Assembly: GCF_963921235.1 (NCBI RefSeq)
Contig: NC_086097.1
Location: 30,134,001-30,198,000, forward strand
Length of the DNA stretch: 64,000 bases
DNA from: Mobula hypostoma
Taxonomy: Eukaryota
Direction of reading: 5' to 3'
Of this stretch, positions 61,950-64,000 are shown one piece after another. Numbering within the stretch: position 1 is the first letter of the stretch; every line of letters starts with the position of its first letter. The notes beneath the pieces were generated by a model, which saw nothing but the letters and a program-made list of their open reading frames with translations, did not search any database and was not told where the DNA came from. The translations under genes and the position numbers were made by a program.

Positions 61950-62720
61950 TGACTACGATATTCCGTCAAGGTAAGGGCTAAACTGTGCAATTCACAACAC
62001 TATTTGTTATTCAACAAAGGGTTACTTACGTTAAGTGTGTGGAGTTTATTTAGCCGGTTCCGTGTACTTCACGCTAGAACTTTGGCTCATTAAACAGGGA
62101 CGAGCTATAGACTGCGAAGAATTCCTCTTAACCGGGTAAGTTTTTTTTATCGCGGTATCTCACTACACCGTACGGGACACAGGGAAGGACTTGAACCCAG
62201 CATCTCTCTCAGTGCACCCCCAGCTCCATCGTAAGGGGCACACTTCCCAATTCAGAACATCCCAACCAGCCATGGAGAGAGTGAGGGAGAATGCCCCTCT
62301 CGCCGTAGCTGTCAGTCGGTATCTTCCGGCTGAGTTCCCCGCGATGGAGCTGGATTGATTAAATATTGAAACCCAGTCCTCTCTCACCAGACGCCCTGCG
62401 TCTGGAAAACACGAAAACGATTATGTGGATGGCCAAAGCAGAAAACGTGTTTGCTTAATTCTCACGGGTAGCCGGGTACATCTCATCTGCTGACCGCACC
62501 TTAATCAGATCGGCACAGTCAACCGTATTGTTTACAAGGGAGCGAGTTACTCGAGCTCCGGTGCAGAGCTGGGGCTTCGGGTCACGTGGTTCTGGACCGA
62601 GTCTTAAATCAGATGTTCGGCCCATTGCTTGTGTGCTAGCTCCCCGAGACGAGGGGATGACGGGTCTCATTGCATGGAGAAACAACCTCGTCGACCCCAC
62701 TCCCTCTGCTTATTCCCCTG
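61950..62720. promoter_or_regulatory. Second CpG-rich unique segment, candidate TUNAR promoter or upstream exon region
   Basis: Non-repetitive with many CpGs and a GTCACGTGG E-box at 62581; minus-strand donor aac|gtaagt near 62030; about 9 kb upstream of the TUNAR coding exon. Confidence 0.4.
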
Positions 62721-64000
62721 TACCCTTCTGGCCGAACCTACCCTCTTTCTCCAGTTACAGCCATGTGACCATTAACCTACTAACCCCCGCATCTCTGCAA
62801 TGTGCGAGGAAACGCGATAATGGGTGCCGCGTTGTGGATAGTGCGGCACTATTGCAGCACGTGTCCCGAGTTAGGAGTTCAATTCCGGTGCCGTTCTGTC
62901 AGGAGTCTCTGTACGTCCGCCCCGTGGAATGTCTGGGTCTTCTGCAGGTCCTCCGGTTTCCTCCCAAAAACCAAAGACGTACCGGGTAGGTTAACTGGTC
63001 ATCGTAAATTGCCCCGTGTAGTTAATCGAGTTTGTTGGGGGTTCCTGGGGTGGTGTGGCTTGAAAGGCCTAATATGCACTGTATCACCAAGTAAAATAAG
63101 AAACCCATGCAATCATGGGGAGAACATACAAGCTCCTTCTCGTCAACGGCAGGAATCGAACCCGGCTCACTTGCATTGTAATATTGTGACGCTAACCCCT
63201 GTGCTACCGTGAAGGATTGTTCACTAATTGTACAGGAGATCTGTTTGCCCATACGAGGGAAGGTACAACCTTCACTCGTGAACAATGAGGTAAAGTTGTA
63301 AACAGACAGACAAAGGAGAGTCAGTGGACGTTGTTTATTTGGATTTTCAGAAGGCCTTTGACAAGGTGTCACACATGGGGTTGCTAAACTAGAGAAGAGC
63401 CCATGGAATTACAGGAAGGAGACTAGCAGGGTTAGAAGATTGGCCAACTGGCAGGAGGCAAAATGTGGGAATAAAGGGACCATTTCTGGTTGGCTGCCAG
63501 CAACCAGTGGTGTTCAAGATTCGAAACTTTAATGTAATTTCCTGTACACAAGTTTAAAGGAGAACAAAATAGTTGTTACTCCAGATCCTTTGCAGCACAA
63601 ATCCACAGGGGACAGTGTTGGGACCGCTTCTTTTCACGTTATATGTCAATGATGTCCCTTCAGAACAGAGCTGAGGTGGAATTTCTTTAGCCAGAGTGTT
63701 GTGAATCTGCAGTATTCATTGCTGTAGGTGGCTGTGGAGCTCAAGTCATTGGGTATATTCGGAGTGTAGCTTGATAGGTTGCTGATCAATGAAGTCATCA
63801 AAAATTACAGGAGAAGGTGAGAGAATGGGGCTGAGAAGGAAAATAAATCAGCCATGATCAAATGGTGGAGCAGGCTTAAACGGCCCAATTCTACTCCTAT
63901 GTTTTATGGTCTTTATAGAAGGATCCTCCTTGGGTCTCTGAATACTTATTGAACTTTAGATCCCTGATGCTCTCAGATGTAACAAATGAACATCAGGCCA

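Overview
Repeat-dense vertebrate genomic DNA. The CR1 + V-SINE + Penelope + Rex1 repertoire suggests a cartilaginous fish, probably a ray; this is an inference. Most of the window is decayed transposable elements: CR1 LINEs (one with an intact 978-aa ORF2), Rex1/Babar fragments, Penelope-like pieces carrying minimal hammerhead ribozymes, Tc1 elements, an R4/Dong-type endonuclease relic, RTE-derived non-autonomous elements, tRNA-derived SINEs and a solo LTR. Two small host genes are hidden on the minus strand. The first is the complete 48-codon CDS of the TUNAR micropeptide (pTUNAR/BNLN; 53005->52859). The second, about 42 kb downstream in the same orientation, is the 9-codon first coding exon of C14orf132 (MDLSFMAAQ|gtaag; 10966->10940). 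It lies in a CpG island with three abutting RFX X-boxes and is followed by a 2.8-kb pyrimidine/purine minisatellite in intron 1. Gene identities come from recalled human sequences, not from a database search. Nearly all other ORFs in the track are TE fragments or low-complexity artefacts.
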